Assembly: GCF_009914755.1 (NCBI RefSeq)
Contig: NC_060942.1
DNA: 64,000 nt
Strand: one strand, 5' to 3'
Source of the DNA: the human T2T-CHM13v2.0 reference genome, Homo sapiens
Under the pieces are notes generated by a model, which was not told the origin of the DNA, did no database searches, and saw only the letters and a program-made list of their open reading frames with translations. Shown one piece after another: positions 14,047 to 27,666 of the stretch (positions within the stretch are counted from its first letter, which is position 1; every line of letters starts with the position of its first letter). The position numbers were made by a program, and so were the translations under genes.

Positions 14047-15081
14047 TTTTTCTTTTTTCTTCAACTTTTTATTCTAAGTTCAGGGGTGTATGTGCAGAAT
14101 GTGCAGGTTTGTTACATAGGTAAATGTGTGCCATGGTGGTTTCTTGCACAGATCACCCCATCACCTAGACATTAGGCCCAGCATCCATTAGTTATTCTTC
14201 TTGATGCTCTACCTGCCCCCCATACCCCAACAGGCTGCACTGTGTGTTGTTCCCCTACATGTGTCCACGTATTCTCATCATTCAGCTCCCACTTACAACT
14301 GAGAACATGCAGTGTTTGGTTTTCTCTTCCTGCGTTAGTTTGATGAGGATAATGGCTTCCAACTCCATCCATGTCCCTGCAAAAGACATGATCTCATTCC
14401 TTTTTATGGCTGCATAGCATTCCATGGTATATATGTACCACATTTTCTTTATCCAGTTTATCATTGATTGGCATTTAGGTTGATTCTATGTCTTTGCTAT
14501 TGTGAAGAGTGCTGCAGTGAACATATGCTTGCATGCATCTTTATAATAGAATGATTTATATTCCTTTGGGTACATACCCAGTAATGGGATTGCTGGATCA
14601 AACGGTATTTCTACCTGTAGGTCTTTGAGGAATTGCCACACTGTCTTCCACAATAGTTGAACAAATTTATACTCCTACCAACAGTGTGAAAGTGTTGCTT
14701 TTACTCCACTTCTCCACACCTCGCCATCATCTGTTGTTTTTTGGCTTTTAAATAGTAGCCATTCTGACTGGTGTGAGATGGTATCTCATTGTGGTTTGAA
14801 TTTGCATTTCTCTAATGATCAGAGATGTCGAGCATTTTTTCATGTTTGTTGGCTGCATGTATGTCTTCTTTTGAAAAGTGTCTGTTCATGTCCTTTGCCT
14901 ACTTTTTAATGCTTTTTTTTCTTGTAAATTTGCTTAACTTCTTCATAGACTCTGGATATTAGACCTTTGTCAGATGAACACACTGAAACAATTTTCTCTC
15001 ATTTTGCAGGTTGTCTGTTCACTCTGATGATAGTTTATTTTGCTGTGCAGAAGCTCTTTAGTTTAATTAGATCCCATTTGG
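14047..15081 (-). mobile_element. 5'-truncated L1PA (approx. L1PA10-13), ~1 kb of the 3' end
   Basis: T-rich tail, then 'gtgcaggtttgttacataggtaaatgtgtgccatggtggttt'. ORF2 C-terminal peptide WIKKMWYIYTMECYAAIKRNEIMSFAGTWMELE (ORF 14282-14464). Confidence 0.95.
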
Positions 15082-15134
15082 CATATTTTTCATGTGAAAA
15101 AAAATCTGATCTTATCTTTAACTTCCTATTCTTT

Positions 15135-15421
15135 TTCTTTTTTTTAAGACAGGGTCTCTCACTCTGTCACCCAGGCTGGAGTGCAGTGGCATGAACATGG
15201 CTCACTGTAGGCCCAATCTTCTGGGATCAACGGTTCCTCCCGCCTCAGCCTCCTGTGTAGCTGGGACAGCAGGTGCACGCCACCATGCCCCGCTAATTTT
15301 TTGCAGAGATGGATTCTTACTTTGTTGCCCAGGCTGGTTTCGAACTTCTGGGCTCAAGCAATCGTCCTGACTCAGTCTCCCAAAGTGCTGGGATTACAGG
15401 TTTGAGCCACCATGCCCAGCC
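15135..15421 (-). mobile_element. AluJ (Jo/Jr-like)
   Basis: J diagnostics 'gacagggtctc', 'catggctcactg' and 'ctgggctcaagcaatc'. TSD acttcYtattcttt at 15121-15134 and 15422-15435. Confidence 0.95.
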
Positions 15422-15600
15422 ACTTCTTATTCTTTATGAATGTTCTCTAACACTTAACATGAAAAGCTTTTGCCTATACAATGAAGCTATAAGTTCAATG
15501 AGGAAGTGACACAATCTTATAATTATCTTCAATTCTTTCTACCACCAACTCTTATGCAACTACTATAGGGATAGGTTTATTACAAGAACTCAATGGATAA

Positions 15601-15894
15601 TTTTTTTTTTTTTTTGAGAAGGAGTCTTGCTCTGTCACCCAGGCCGGAGTGCAGTGGCACCATGTTGGCTCCCTGCAACCTCCACCTCTGGGTTCAAGTG
15701 ATTCTCGTGCCTCAGCCTCTTGAGTAGCTAGGATTACAGTGCATGCTACCATGCATGGCTCATTTTTGTATTTTTAGCAGAGACAGGGTTTCACCATGTT
15801 GACCAGGCTGGTCTCAAACTCCTGACCTCAAGTGATCTGCACATCTTGGCCCCACAAATTGCTGTGATTACGGTGTGAGCCACTGCACCTGGCC
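15601..15894 (-). mobile_element. AluS (Sx/Sz)
   Basis: Full dimer with T tail. TSD core tcaatgga at 15590-15597 and 15895-15902. Confidence 0.96.
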
Positions 15895-17019
15895 TCAATG
15901 GAAGATTATTAAATAAATGAAAAAATAAAATTGCCTATGGGGACACACATGCTTATGCTACTTACTACATGTGATTGAAATGTCAATTCTACCATCATCT
16001 GGCTTCTGCCTTCATCTTAGTGGGGAGAGAAGGGATGAGCAGGGGTCAGTTCACAATCATCAAGCAAACATCTATTGACTATCACCTGTGTGCCAGGAAA
16101 GATGTCAAGTTAAAAGTAATTTCTGCTCTCTGTATTGTATAATACAATTTGTTTCTAAGATTGTCATCAAATATGGTTTCAAGCTTATGAACTGGAGTTG
16201 GCAAATTATCTGTATGGTTACCAATTAGCATTGGTGACAACATATTGATAAACGTGGCAGGGCCATAAAATCACCCCTATTAAAAATGATTTTTTATGGT
16301 TCCTCTCACAGTAAAGGGAAGTCTGGAAGATGGGGAAAATGGAAAGAATCAGAACAGATATAGGGATAAATAATAAAAGTGAGAAGATTGAGAAATATTG
16401 AGAGTTTTATCCATGAAGAAACTGGCATAGATTCAGAAATTCACAATATTAGAAGTTGGAAAATGTAATTCATCCTAATTTGGGGAAAGAAATGAGAGAG
16501 TCAGGCATAAGAGGTTATAAATTCAATGCTAAAGGGAGATCCATCATTGGTGGAGGGTAAACTCAGGCTAGAGTAAAAAGCAAATATACTTAATCACGTA
16601 TTGTGAGTATACTTTTCCAGTTTATAGACCATTATGTGCAGGATGAGCTCAGTTTTGCCAAAAGAGGGTCTGGAATTGTAGATATCATAAAATTAGAAAA
16701 GTCATCTTTGATGTTGGAATTGCTGGTGTTTATAAGTTTTTCCTTTTTTTTTTTTTTGCTTTCCACTATTTTTCCAATATTCTGTAATAAGCACATATTA
16801 ACAGTATAGACAGAAAAAAAGGAAAAAAGTCAAAACTTTACAATAACTAACTAACTAAATAAGCAAGCAAGCAGAATAAAAGACATTATTTATTCAGTCA
16901 TGTAGTGAAAGTCAGGAGCCAAGAACATTAAATGACTGACCTGGGGGACTATGAGAAAACTACATAAGTTTCTAAGGATCAATTGAACATAGCAAGACTT
17001 TATTTCAATAAAGCACACA

Positions 17020-17180
17020 ACAGCATGGGCCTTAGGGGCAAAGTTGTTTCATTTATTTGATTTTGGATTTATATCTATATAAAATGGGGCTATTTATACC
17101 TGCTTCAAAGGGTGGTTATAAATACTAAGTGAAACATTGCTTATGAAGCATTTAGAACAATAATGACATATAAGGCACTG
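17020..17180 (+). mobile_element. MIR
   Basis: 'atctatataaaatggggctatttatacctgcttcaaagggtggtt...gcatttagaacaa'. Confidence 0.75.
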
Positions 17181-17223
17181 TTGGGTTGTGAAGTCTAGAA
17201 AGATCCTTAAGAATCATCCAGCC

Positions 17224-17285
17224 CAGTGTTTTGCAAACTGCAGGTTGCAACTCATTTAAGGTTAGGATATTAATTTAGAGAGACG
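17224..17285 (+). mobile_element. hAT-Charlie-like DNA transposon terminus
   Basis: 'cagtgttttgcaaactgcaggttgcaactcattta' resembles a Charlie-family TIR. Short match only. Confidence 0.4.
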
Positions 17286-17288
17286 TAA

Positions 17289-17591
<303 letters not shown>

Positions 17592-17699
17592 TGAAATTTT
17601 TAAAATTAATTTTGTGTAAAGAATATGAGAGAACAGAAAATGTATTTTGTATCTAGACACCAAAAACTTAAGCTCTATACAGTATTACAAATAATTGTT

Positions 17700-18195
17700 T
17701 GTCAATAGTCATTAGGGAAATGTAAACCACATCCACAGTGGGGTAGCACTTCTCACCCTCTAGGAGGGCTAAAATAAAAAAAGAGAGACAATAGCAATGG
17801 TGATGAGAATGTGGAGAAATTGAAACTCACTACATTGCTGATGGGATTGTAAAATGGTACTGCCACTTTGGAAAAAAATAAGAGTTCATCAAAAGGTAAA
17901 ACAGAGAGCTACCATATGACCTGACTCAGGAATTTCACTCCTAGATACATACACCCTACAGAAATGAAAACATACGTCTACACAAAGACATGAATGTTGA
18001 TATCAGCATTATTCAAGAGTCAAAAAATGGAAACAACATAAATGTCCATCACCTAAGGAGTGATTTAAAAAAATGTGATCTATCCATGCAATGTAGTATT
18101 ACTGGGCAGTAAAAAGTAATGAAGTACGTAAAAATGATACAACATGGTAAGCCTTGAACATATTACGCTAATAAAAGAAGCTAGACAACCCCCAA
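17700..18195 (+). mobile_element. L1MB/ME ORF2-end and 3'UTR fragment
   Basis: 'gtcattagggaaatg', 'cattgctgatgggattgtaaaatggtac' and 'agagctaccatatgacc'. Confidence 0.85.
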
Positions 18196-19159
18196 ATGTG
18201 GACAACTCTGCATCCTCAATGGCCATAGTCAATAAATGAGAGACCTGCAGTACAGGAGTCACCACTGAAAGCTGAAATGCTAGAGACAGAAATAGTAAAC
18301 CTCCTAATTGATACATAGCCTCTTCAGAATGGAAATGGGAAAGGCACAGCCATGTAGAGATTACACAGAAAAAATTTTGTAAAACATAGTTTTATGGAAA
18401 TAAGTCTCAAGGCACAGTCCCTAAAAGATGTTCCAAGTATTTGACAGCTGAAACAAAGGTGTTAATAAGGCAGGATGTCATGGGTTTTGTGAAAGGTGAA
18501 TTGATGGTTTACGTACAAATTCTTTCATATTCAGGTTTTTTTAAGGTTTAACAATTTGGAAACTAATTTAAGTATACTTAAATATAGATGTTTAGAACTT
18601 AATGAAGTGTTTTACCTTGCTGTTCTTCCTTTTGTGTTCATTTTTGTAATGGATATAGTAATAATTTATATCTCACACAATTTTGAAGATGAAATGTGAT
18701 GATACACATACAACACTTGGAAGATGAACTGTTGGAATTTCATCATAAATATACAATATTTATAAGTTCCAAGAAAAATAAATATTAGACAGCAGTTGCT
18801 GCCAGTAGTATCCTGGAGCACTGGGAAAGAAGGGTCAACGACCTACAGACTTAGGAAAAATCAGGAAGAATCTTATTTGTGGGGGCTAATAGCTTTGAAT
18901 TTTATTCCACAGGGGGCCATTGAAACATTTTCAGTCTGACTGTGGCATGATCAAATTCATGTTTCAGAAAAATCGCCCTTGAAAGTAATATATAAATGGA
19001 CCTGTAAGATTTGAACTGGAGGCAGAACATCTATTTAGGAAGTATTGACTCAAAAGCAAAATCAAACAAATCCAATTCAAGACTCCCCGATTAGTAGCTC
19101 TGCCTTCAATATTTCAGCTGTATTCTAATATGATATTGATAACTGCTTACTCTGCATCG

Positions 19160-19920
19160 TCACTTCCTCAAACTTAACACATCCACACAAGAACACATTC
19201 TCTTCTATCTGAAACCTGCTACTAAACTATATGACCTATCCTAGAGGTTTGCCCTGCAACTTACACAATTACCCAAGCTGAGAATATTTTTATGCTTCTG
19301 GTGACTAGCAAAAGGCCTCAAATGTAGAAAAAGGTCATACAAATATGGTGAGTGAGTGCCAGACTCATTCTTTTATCTTACTTCTCACCTCCAAATCACG
19401 AAGTCCTTTGTCTTTACCTCCTAAATAGGTTTCCAATTTGTGCCCTTCACTTTCCTTACATTGCCTTTGTGTCAGTATCAGTATAAACTGTCAGTACCTT
19501 TAACCTGAAATATTTCACTCTATCCTAAGTTGACTTTCTGCCTCCAGTCCAAATCTTGCAGGTCCATCGATATATTTCTTCAAGGGTAATTTCTCTAAAA
19601 CATAAACTTGGTCATGCCATGGTCATGCTTAAAATGTTTCAATGTCTTCCCATTGTCTGTGGAATAAAATTCAAAGCTATTAGCCCTCGCATATAAGATT
19701 CTTCCTGATTTGCTTTATGTAAGTCTCCATGTCTTTGACTCTCCTTTCCAAACTCTTTGGGATGCTACCTGCAGCTACTTCTGCCTAATATTTATTTGCA
19801 GCTCTCTCATATTTTGGGTTAAACTTACATATACTTTTCTTTGAAATGTGTTTCTTTTCTACCATGTCAGCCTCTAAGACTCAGTATAGGTATCTACTTT
19901 TTTGTGAAGTCTTAAATGAG
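19160..19920 (+). mobile_element. L2 LINE fragment (an opposite-strand L2 piece probably lies at ~18780-19040)
   Basis: 'cctcaaacttaacacatcca' and 'tgcttaaaatgtttcaatgtcttcccattg...ggaataaaattcaaa'. Confidence 0.7.
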
Positions 19921-22900
19921 TCATAATGAGTCTCGAATTCTGTTATTTCCTAAAGTAACTTCTTAAGGTATTATTTATGAACAAAAGCCATTACAGCATC
20001 ATTGGTAAAAGGAGCCAAGTAACGAGTTTCTGGTTGACAAATGACATTTTATGAAAATTTAGGTTTATTGTCTCTAATAAATTTAGCCATTCTTGAATTT
20101 CCATGTAATACCCTATAGAAAATACTTGCCATAAAGCCTTTATAATATTATTTGAGGAAACTCCATTGCTAATGGTGCCACATACTCTCCTCTAAGATAT
20201 AAACATTGTCTTGTCTTTAAATTTTCATTGCCAAGCAGATGCCCAGTTTTCTCAAATATGATTGTCAAATAAGTAAATAAATGATTGATGTCCTCTACTT
20301 ACTCTAAACAAATTTGTACTTTTTAAAATTAAAATTACATTTTTTTTTTTAATTTTTAGTTTCTGAAGTAGCACATTCTTGCTGAGCTTTGAAAATTGGA
20401 CTCGGTTGTAACTTTCCCGCTATTGGTGAATACAGTGAATCTGATGCTTAAGACAAAACACTGTTACGCTGAAGTCAACTTCAAACTTTCTCATAATATA
20501 AAGTTTGTTCATTCGAAGTCTCTTTGAGAAAAACAGTAATGCACATATGTGGGAAGTTTTAGAAAAATGGAATATTTCTCTCAGAATGAGTTTATTCTAC
20601 TTTTTACATGAACTTGAACAATGCAGAAAAACAATAGCACTTAATCAAAACAAGGCACAAAAGCAAGAAAGAACAAAATATTTCCCTTATTAAACCCATA
20701 ACTAAGTGATATAAAGATGACCTATTCTATTATTTACCCACATTTCCGCACACTCCTTATATTTATGCTGAAGGAAAACCTCATAATTTGTTATAATCTA
20801 AAAAATTATATATCCTAAAATCTAGAAAATTTGCACAATTATTTAGCAAGTTTTCCAATCAATTAAAACATTAAAATACATCAACTTTTGTTATCAGGCT
20901 TGTTTCAGCTTTAAAGATGTAGATATAATTTTTAACCAACAGTTTTATATCCAGTTCTATAACATTATTTCTAGTATTTTTTCACTAATTTAATTTTTAA
21001 CCCTAAACAATAAGATATCAGACTGGTAATTTTTTTATTGCTAAAATAGGACATTAATATGCAAATGTATCAGTTTAATAATTGTATATTCAACTCATTT
21101 TGTAAAAATATAATCTTATCCCATTGAAGTATAAATAAAGAAAAGTAACCATACTGTTGTTTCAATTCTATGAATAAAAAATAATACATAAATTTTACTC
21201 TAAGTTCACCAATAAGCCTAAATACTCTACTTGAGTATATTTTGATGTTGACAGAATGGAGGGAATCTAAAAACCAATTTCTGGTATTTTATTAAGTGAT
21301 TTGAAATGCTTCCTGATATCGTACACTTTTTATTTAACCATTCATTCTACCTCTGTAAACAAACTCTTTAAGTGGCAAATATTAACTACTAAATCTCAGC
21401 ATGGATTATATGGAGACAAAGAAAAAGGGTTAGAATGAGGAATCTGAGCTCAGCTACATCTTCACACATTGGTTTCATTTTACTTAAGGCAAATTCATAG
21501 ATGCATAGATGTTCAAATGAATAACCAAATAGTGATTATTTAGATGATCTATAAATGATAGATTTATCAATACTGCTGATGTGTTTTTTTTCAGCAGTGG
21601 CAAGATTTGGCATGGTAGACATCTACAGAGGGTTATATGAAGACATGCATTGGTTTAGTGAAAATCTCTGATTCAAATCAGATATCAATGGGGGATTTTA
21701 CCTAGCTGTCTCATGGACAAGTAATTTAGAGACACTATCAAATGGTTTTATAATCACTTTAGAAATATATTTTTAGTGTAAAAGTAATCGGATTTATTTT
21801 ACTTTGTATTTTGTTGCTATGAAATAGGTGAGGAAAAGATGGTGAATGTAAGTCTTGAAGCATGTCAATTAACAGAATCAATTCAGAGGTAAAGAAATAT
21901 TTTTTTTAAAGGTCTACTAACAGGTACTTTGTGTGTGGACACTATCTATATCTTTTCATCTTATTTCTTCATCTAGCAAAACAGATGCTCTAAAATGAAG
22001 TAATTAGGATTTGGACAAAGGCCTTTGGGAATATATGCATTAGCTATGTTAAGGTACTGGCAAGAAACAAAGTATGAAATATAATCTGACCATGTATTGG
22101 AAGTCCAGAGAAAAAAATTGGTTAAACTTGACTTCACGATGGCTGAATAGAGGCTCACCACACTCACCTTCTCCACAGATAAGGACCAAACAGCGAACAG
22201 GTAACCATACTATGAATAGAGCTTGTAAGAGAGACAGACACTAAAATTCAGCATGCAAGTGACAGGGAACCTCTGAGGCACAGATGGAGAGGGAAGTAAA
22301 GCAGCCAACCTGGCTGGAATTGACTCAGAGCCAGGAGGAAGCACTATTGTGACGGACAGAAAGGTAAGCAAGAGAGCCCCAGCAGTCTATAGTTTCACCA
22401 TGAATTCTGCAATTCCAGCCAAGGGAGAGCCCCTCAGCCCATGTGGACCCTGAGTTTCCTGCAGTCCATGTGATGGCATTGTTTCAGAGAGGGAGTTTGT
22501 GCTGGGTCCCACACATTCCCCAAGGTCCAAGAAGCTGAAGCATGGCACCATTTTGAGACCCTAGACCCCACCATATTACATTCTGCCCTGAGGCCACACA
22601 GTCCCTTATTTCCACATTCCACGAGCCTCACTGATATCTCCCCACATTCACCTAGATGCCGAAGTGTCACAACGCCAGGACCTAGCAGAACTCCAGCCCA
22701 CAGTGTCTTATAGCCTAGGGAGCAGGCTGACCAGTGTGCTAGGAAAGCTGCCCCAGGATAAAGGGAGCTGGAGCCCGCATTCAGCAGAGCCTGATAGCCA
22801 TCTGCCCTGGGCCACTGACACTGACAGAAACACAACCCCTTCCAGCGGCATGGCAGGCACATCTGCATGCACTTTCAGAGTTCCTGGAAACCAGCCCACC

Positions 22901-24292
22901 AGCCAGGCGCCATCCTGGGGCCTGAGGACAGGCCTGCTCCACTTTCCACCATTGCCACTGGCATTGCACAGGGTGGGGCTAGGGATTGACCTACCCTGCC
23001 TGCCATTGCCAGTGCCAACACATACCTGCACTTGAGTATGTGCCCTCTCTGCCTATCACCATGGGTGCCCAGCATGTCATCTGGGGGTTTGGAGATCAAA
23101 CTGTTCTGCCTACCGCTGCTAGCACCCATGCATACCTTCCAGGGGACTGAGGACAAGCTCTCCCAGACTGCTGCCACTGCCCATAAACTCTGTTCAGGGG
23201 CCTGGGTATAAGGGAAGCTTGCCCCCACCAGTGGTGTATGCATGCACCATACAGGGGCATAAGTACAGGTCTACTCTGTCCAGTGCCAGCACCTGCATGC
23301 TTTCCTGGGAACCTGGAGACTGAACTCCTCAGCCAATCGCCATCACTGCTGGTGCCCATGTGCACCTCTCAGGGGCCCAAGGGTTGGCCTGCCACTATAA
23401 CTACCACTACACACGCTGTACACAGAGCCCAAGGGACCTCCCACCTTCTTGACCCTTTGCTGCTACTGCTGGCACTCTAGGCACTCTAATATACCTGTCT
23501 AGGTAGTCATATACCAAGGACAAGAATCCCCAGGCCTGCCACCACTAGTGCCCCTGTATACCACCTGGAGTTCTGAAGACTGGCATGCCTGGCCCACCAC
23601 CACCACCACTTGTGCCAGAGAACCAGCTTGCCTGGCATTCACATTTTCAGCAAACCCTAAAGCAAACTGCACTAACTGCAACCCAAGCCATTGAGGAACT
23701 CACAGATACAACTAATGCTGATTACAGCCAAATAAATCATACAGAGACTACACTATTGTGCCTACCCAGATTCAAAGCCAAAGCAACCTCTCCAGCCAAC
23801 ACTATAGACACAGCTGTAGGAAAAAGTCTTTCCCTATGAATACCAATCCATAAATTAAGAAATGTGAGTTACACTAAATGTGCAGATATTAATGTAAGAA
23901 CACAATATACTAAATATGAGAAAGCAAAATAGGAAAAAGCAAGGAAAATGACACTTCCAAATGAACACAATAATTCTCCCATAGTAGAGCCCAAGAAAAG
24001 GAAATCTATGAAGTGCCTGGAAATGATTTTAAAACAATAATGTCAAAGAAACTCAGTGACATACAAGAGAACATAAGTAAGCAATACAAATAAATGAGAC
24101 AAAAATTGTGATCTCAATGAGACATTCAGTAGGGACAGATATCGTAAAAAGAACCAAGTAGAAAATTTAGTACTGAAGAATTCAATAAATGAAATAAAAC
24201 AATACCATTGAGCACTCCAACAATAGACTAGATCAAACAAAAGAAATGATTTCTGAACTTGAAGACAGATCTTTTGAAATAACCCAGTCAGA

Positions 24293-25190
24293 CAAATCAA
24301 AATCACAGTGAGATATCCCCTCATTCCAGTTAGAATGGCTATAATAAAAAGACAAAAAATATTTTTGATGAGGATGTGTAGAAAGGAGAATGCTTACACA
24401 CTGTTAGAGCAATTGTAAGTTAGGACAGCTGCTGTGAAAAACTGCATGCATGGTACTCAAGAAATTAAAATAGAACTGTTATATAATCCAGCAATCCCAA
24501 TACTCCATATATATCTAAGCGAAATGGAATCAGTATGTTGAAGAGCTATCTGTACTCCCATGTTTATGGCAGCACTATTTACAATAGCCAAAATATGGAG
24601 TTATCTCAAGTGTCCAACAACGAACAATAAAAGAAAAAAAGTGTCAACAATGAATGAAAGAAGAAAAAATGTGGTGTATACATACAACAGAACACTATTC
24701 ATCCATAGTAAAATATTGTCATTTGAGACGACATGGATTGAACTGGAGGACATCACATCAAGTGAATAAGCCATACACAGAAAGACAAATGCTGCATGTT
24801 CTCACTCATGTGTGGAATTGGAAAAAAAAAAAAAAAAGAGTTGACATTGTAGAAGCAAAGAGTAGAGCAGTTGCTACCAGGGACTGAGGAGGGGAGGGAA
24901 AAGAAGAGGAAGGGGAGAGGTTGGTCAATGAATAGAAAGTAGCAATTAGATAGAAGAGATAAGTTCTGGTGTTCTATTGCACAGTAGGGTGACATGGCTA
25001 ACAGTAAGATATGGTGTACTACAAAATAGCTAGATGCTTTGTGTCCTCACCGCAAATATATGATAAAGGCACGAGGTGATGGTCACATTAAATATCCTGA
25101 TTTTATCATTATACAACATATATATGTATTGAAACATCAAATTATACCCCATGTGTACAATTACAATGTGTCAGTTTTTATAATAATAAA
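24293..25190 (+). mobile_element. Nested 5'-truncated L1MA (~0.9 kb 3' end) inside host ORF1
   Basis: Host 'gaaataacccagtcagacaaa' switches to ORF2-end 'tcaaaatcacagtgagatatc'. A complete L1MA 3'UTR ends ~25178 and host ORF1 resumes with 'aaaagaatgaagaaagccta'. Confidence 0.9.
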
Positions 25191-25448
25191 AAGAAAAAGA
25201 ATGAAGAAAGCCTATGTGACACATGGAACACCATAAAGTCATCCAATACTTGAATTTTGGGATTTCCAGAAGGAGACGAGATGGATAAAAGCATAAAAAC
25301 ACCTGTTAAATGAAAAAATAGCTGAAAACTTCCTAAGCCTTGCAAAAAAAGATATACATGTTCAGATACAGGAAGTTCAACAATTCCAATAGATTCAGCC
25401 TCGAAGGGTCTTCTCCAAGGCACATTGTTGTCCAACTGGCAACAATGA

Positions 25449-25954
<506 letters not shown>

Positions 25955-27356
25955 TGTTAGTTTTCAAAAATGAAAGAGAAATAAAATCTTTCCCAGACAA
26001 GCAAAAATTGATGAATTCACCACTAGACCAGTCCTACAAGAAATTCTAAAGGGAATCCTACATCTGAAAGTAAAAGGATGATATCTACTATCAGGAAAAC
26101 AAAGGAAAGTATAAAACTCACTACCACAGTAGATATATAAGTAAGAAAGAGAAACGACTCAAATGTAATCACTACAAAACCCACAAATTGTAAAGGTAAA
26201 CAATGAATGAGGAAGAAAGAAAAGATATATAACACAGTGATAATTAACTAGTATAATTAAGACAATAAAATGATAGCAATAAGTCCCCATGTATCAATAA
26301 TAACTTTGAATATAAAAAATTAAATTCCTCACTTAAAAGACATAAACTGGCTAAATGGAAAAATAAATGCAGAGCCCAGCTATATGCTGCCTACCAGAAA
26401 TTCACTTCATCTGAAAAGACACATGTAAATGGAAAGTGAAGGGATGGAAAAAGGTATTCCATGCAGATCAAAACCGAAGTGAAGCAGGAGTCGCTATACT
26501 TATATCACATGAAACAGACTTTAAGTAAAAGACTGTAGAAACGGACAAAGAAGGTCACTGTATAATGCTAAAAGGACTAATCCATCAAGAGGATATCACA
26601 ATTCTATGTATATATGCACCCAACACTGGAGCACTCAGATATATGAAGCAAATATTACTAGATCTTAAGAGAGAGATAGACTCTAATACAGTAATATTTG
26701 GAGACTTCAACACCCCACTCTTAATATTGGAAAAATCATCGAGACAAAAAATCAACAAGGAAACATTGTATTTAAACTGCAGTTTAGACCTAATGGACTT
26801 AACAAACATATGTAGAACATTTCATTTGATAGCAGCAGAATACACATTCTTCTCACCAGTACATGGTATATTCTTTTTGATAGATCATATGTTACATCAC
26901 AAAAAATGTCACAACAAATTTTAAAAGGTCAAAATCATGTCAAGTATCCTTTCAGACTACAGTGAAATAAAACTAGAAATCAACAACAAGATGAACTTTG
27001 GAAACTGTGCAAATACATAGAAATTAAACAACAAGATCTTGAACAACCATTAGCTCAATAAATAAATTAAGACAGATGTCAAAAAATCTCCTAAAACAAA
27101 TGAAAATTAAAATACAACATACAAAAAGCTATGAAATCTATCAAAAGCAGTGCTAAGAGGGAAGTTTAAACCAATAAATGTCTATATCGAAAAAGTAGAA
27201 AGATTTCAAATAAACAACCTAATGATGAACCTGAAGGAAATAAAAAAGCAAAAAACAAAACAAACTAAACTCCAAATTAGTAGAAGGAAAGAAATAATAA
27301 TGATTGAAGCATACCTAAACAAAATAGAGAACAAAAATCAATATAAAGAATTAACA

Positions 27357-27666
27357 GGCCAGGCGTGATGGCTCACTCTTGTAATCCCAGCACTTTGGGA
27401 GGCTGAAGCGGGTGGATGACCTGAAGTCGGGAGTTCGAGACCAGCCTGACCAACATGGAGAAACCCATCTCGACTAAAAATACAAAATTAGCCCGGCGTG
27501 GTGGGGCATGCCTGTAATCCCAGCTACATAGGAGGCTGAAGCTTGAACCTGGGAGGCAGAGGTTGCAGAGAGCTGAGATCCTGCCATTGCACTCCAGCCT
27601 TGGCAACAAGAGAGGAACTCTGTCTCAAAAATAAATAAATAAATAAAAAGAAAGAAAGAAAAAAAG
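27357..27666 (+). mobile_element. AluSp, inserted in host L1 ORF2, with an ~11-bp internal deletion
   Basis: 'gtcgggagttcgagaccagcctgaccaacatggagaaaccc'. TSD aagaattaaca at 27346-27356 and 27667-27677. 'gaggctgaa|gcttgaacc' lacks gcaggagaatc. Confidence 0.96.

Noticed and set aside
16603-16809. ORF with AKRGSGIVDII resembling a CR1 endonuclease motif
   Set aside because: Similarity too weak to support by eye.
20340-20480. Strong plus-strand acceptors (20359; also 41100 and 54358) as exon starts
   Set aside because: No strong paired donor or recognisable reading frame. Polypyrimidine-AG is frequent in T-rich DNA.
22434-23839. Cluster of 60-144-aa ORFs and elevated GC as a gene or CpG island
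   Set aside because: Lies in the L1MA 5'UTR tandem array. It is CpG-poor, and stops are scarce simply because of GC content.
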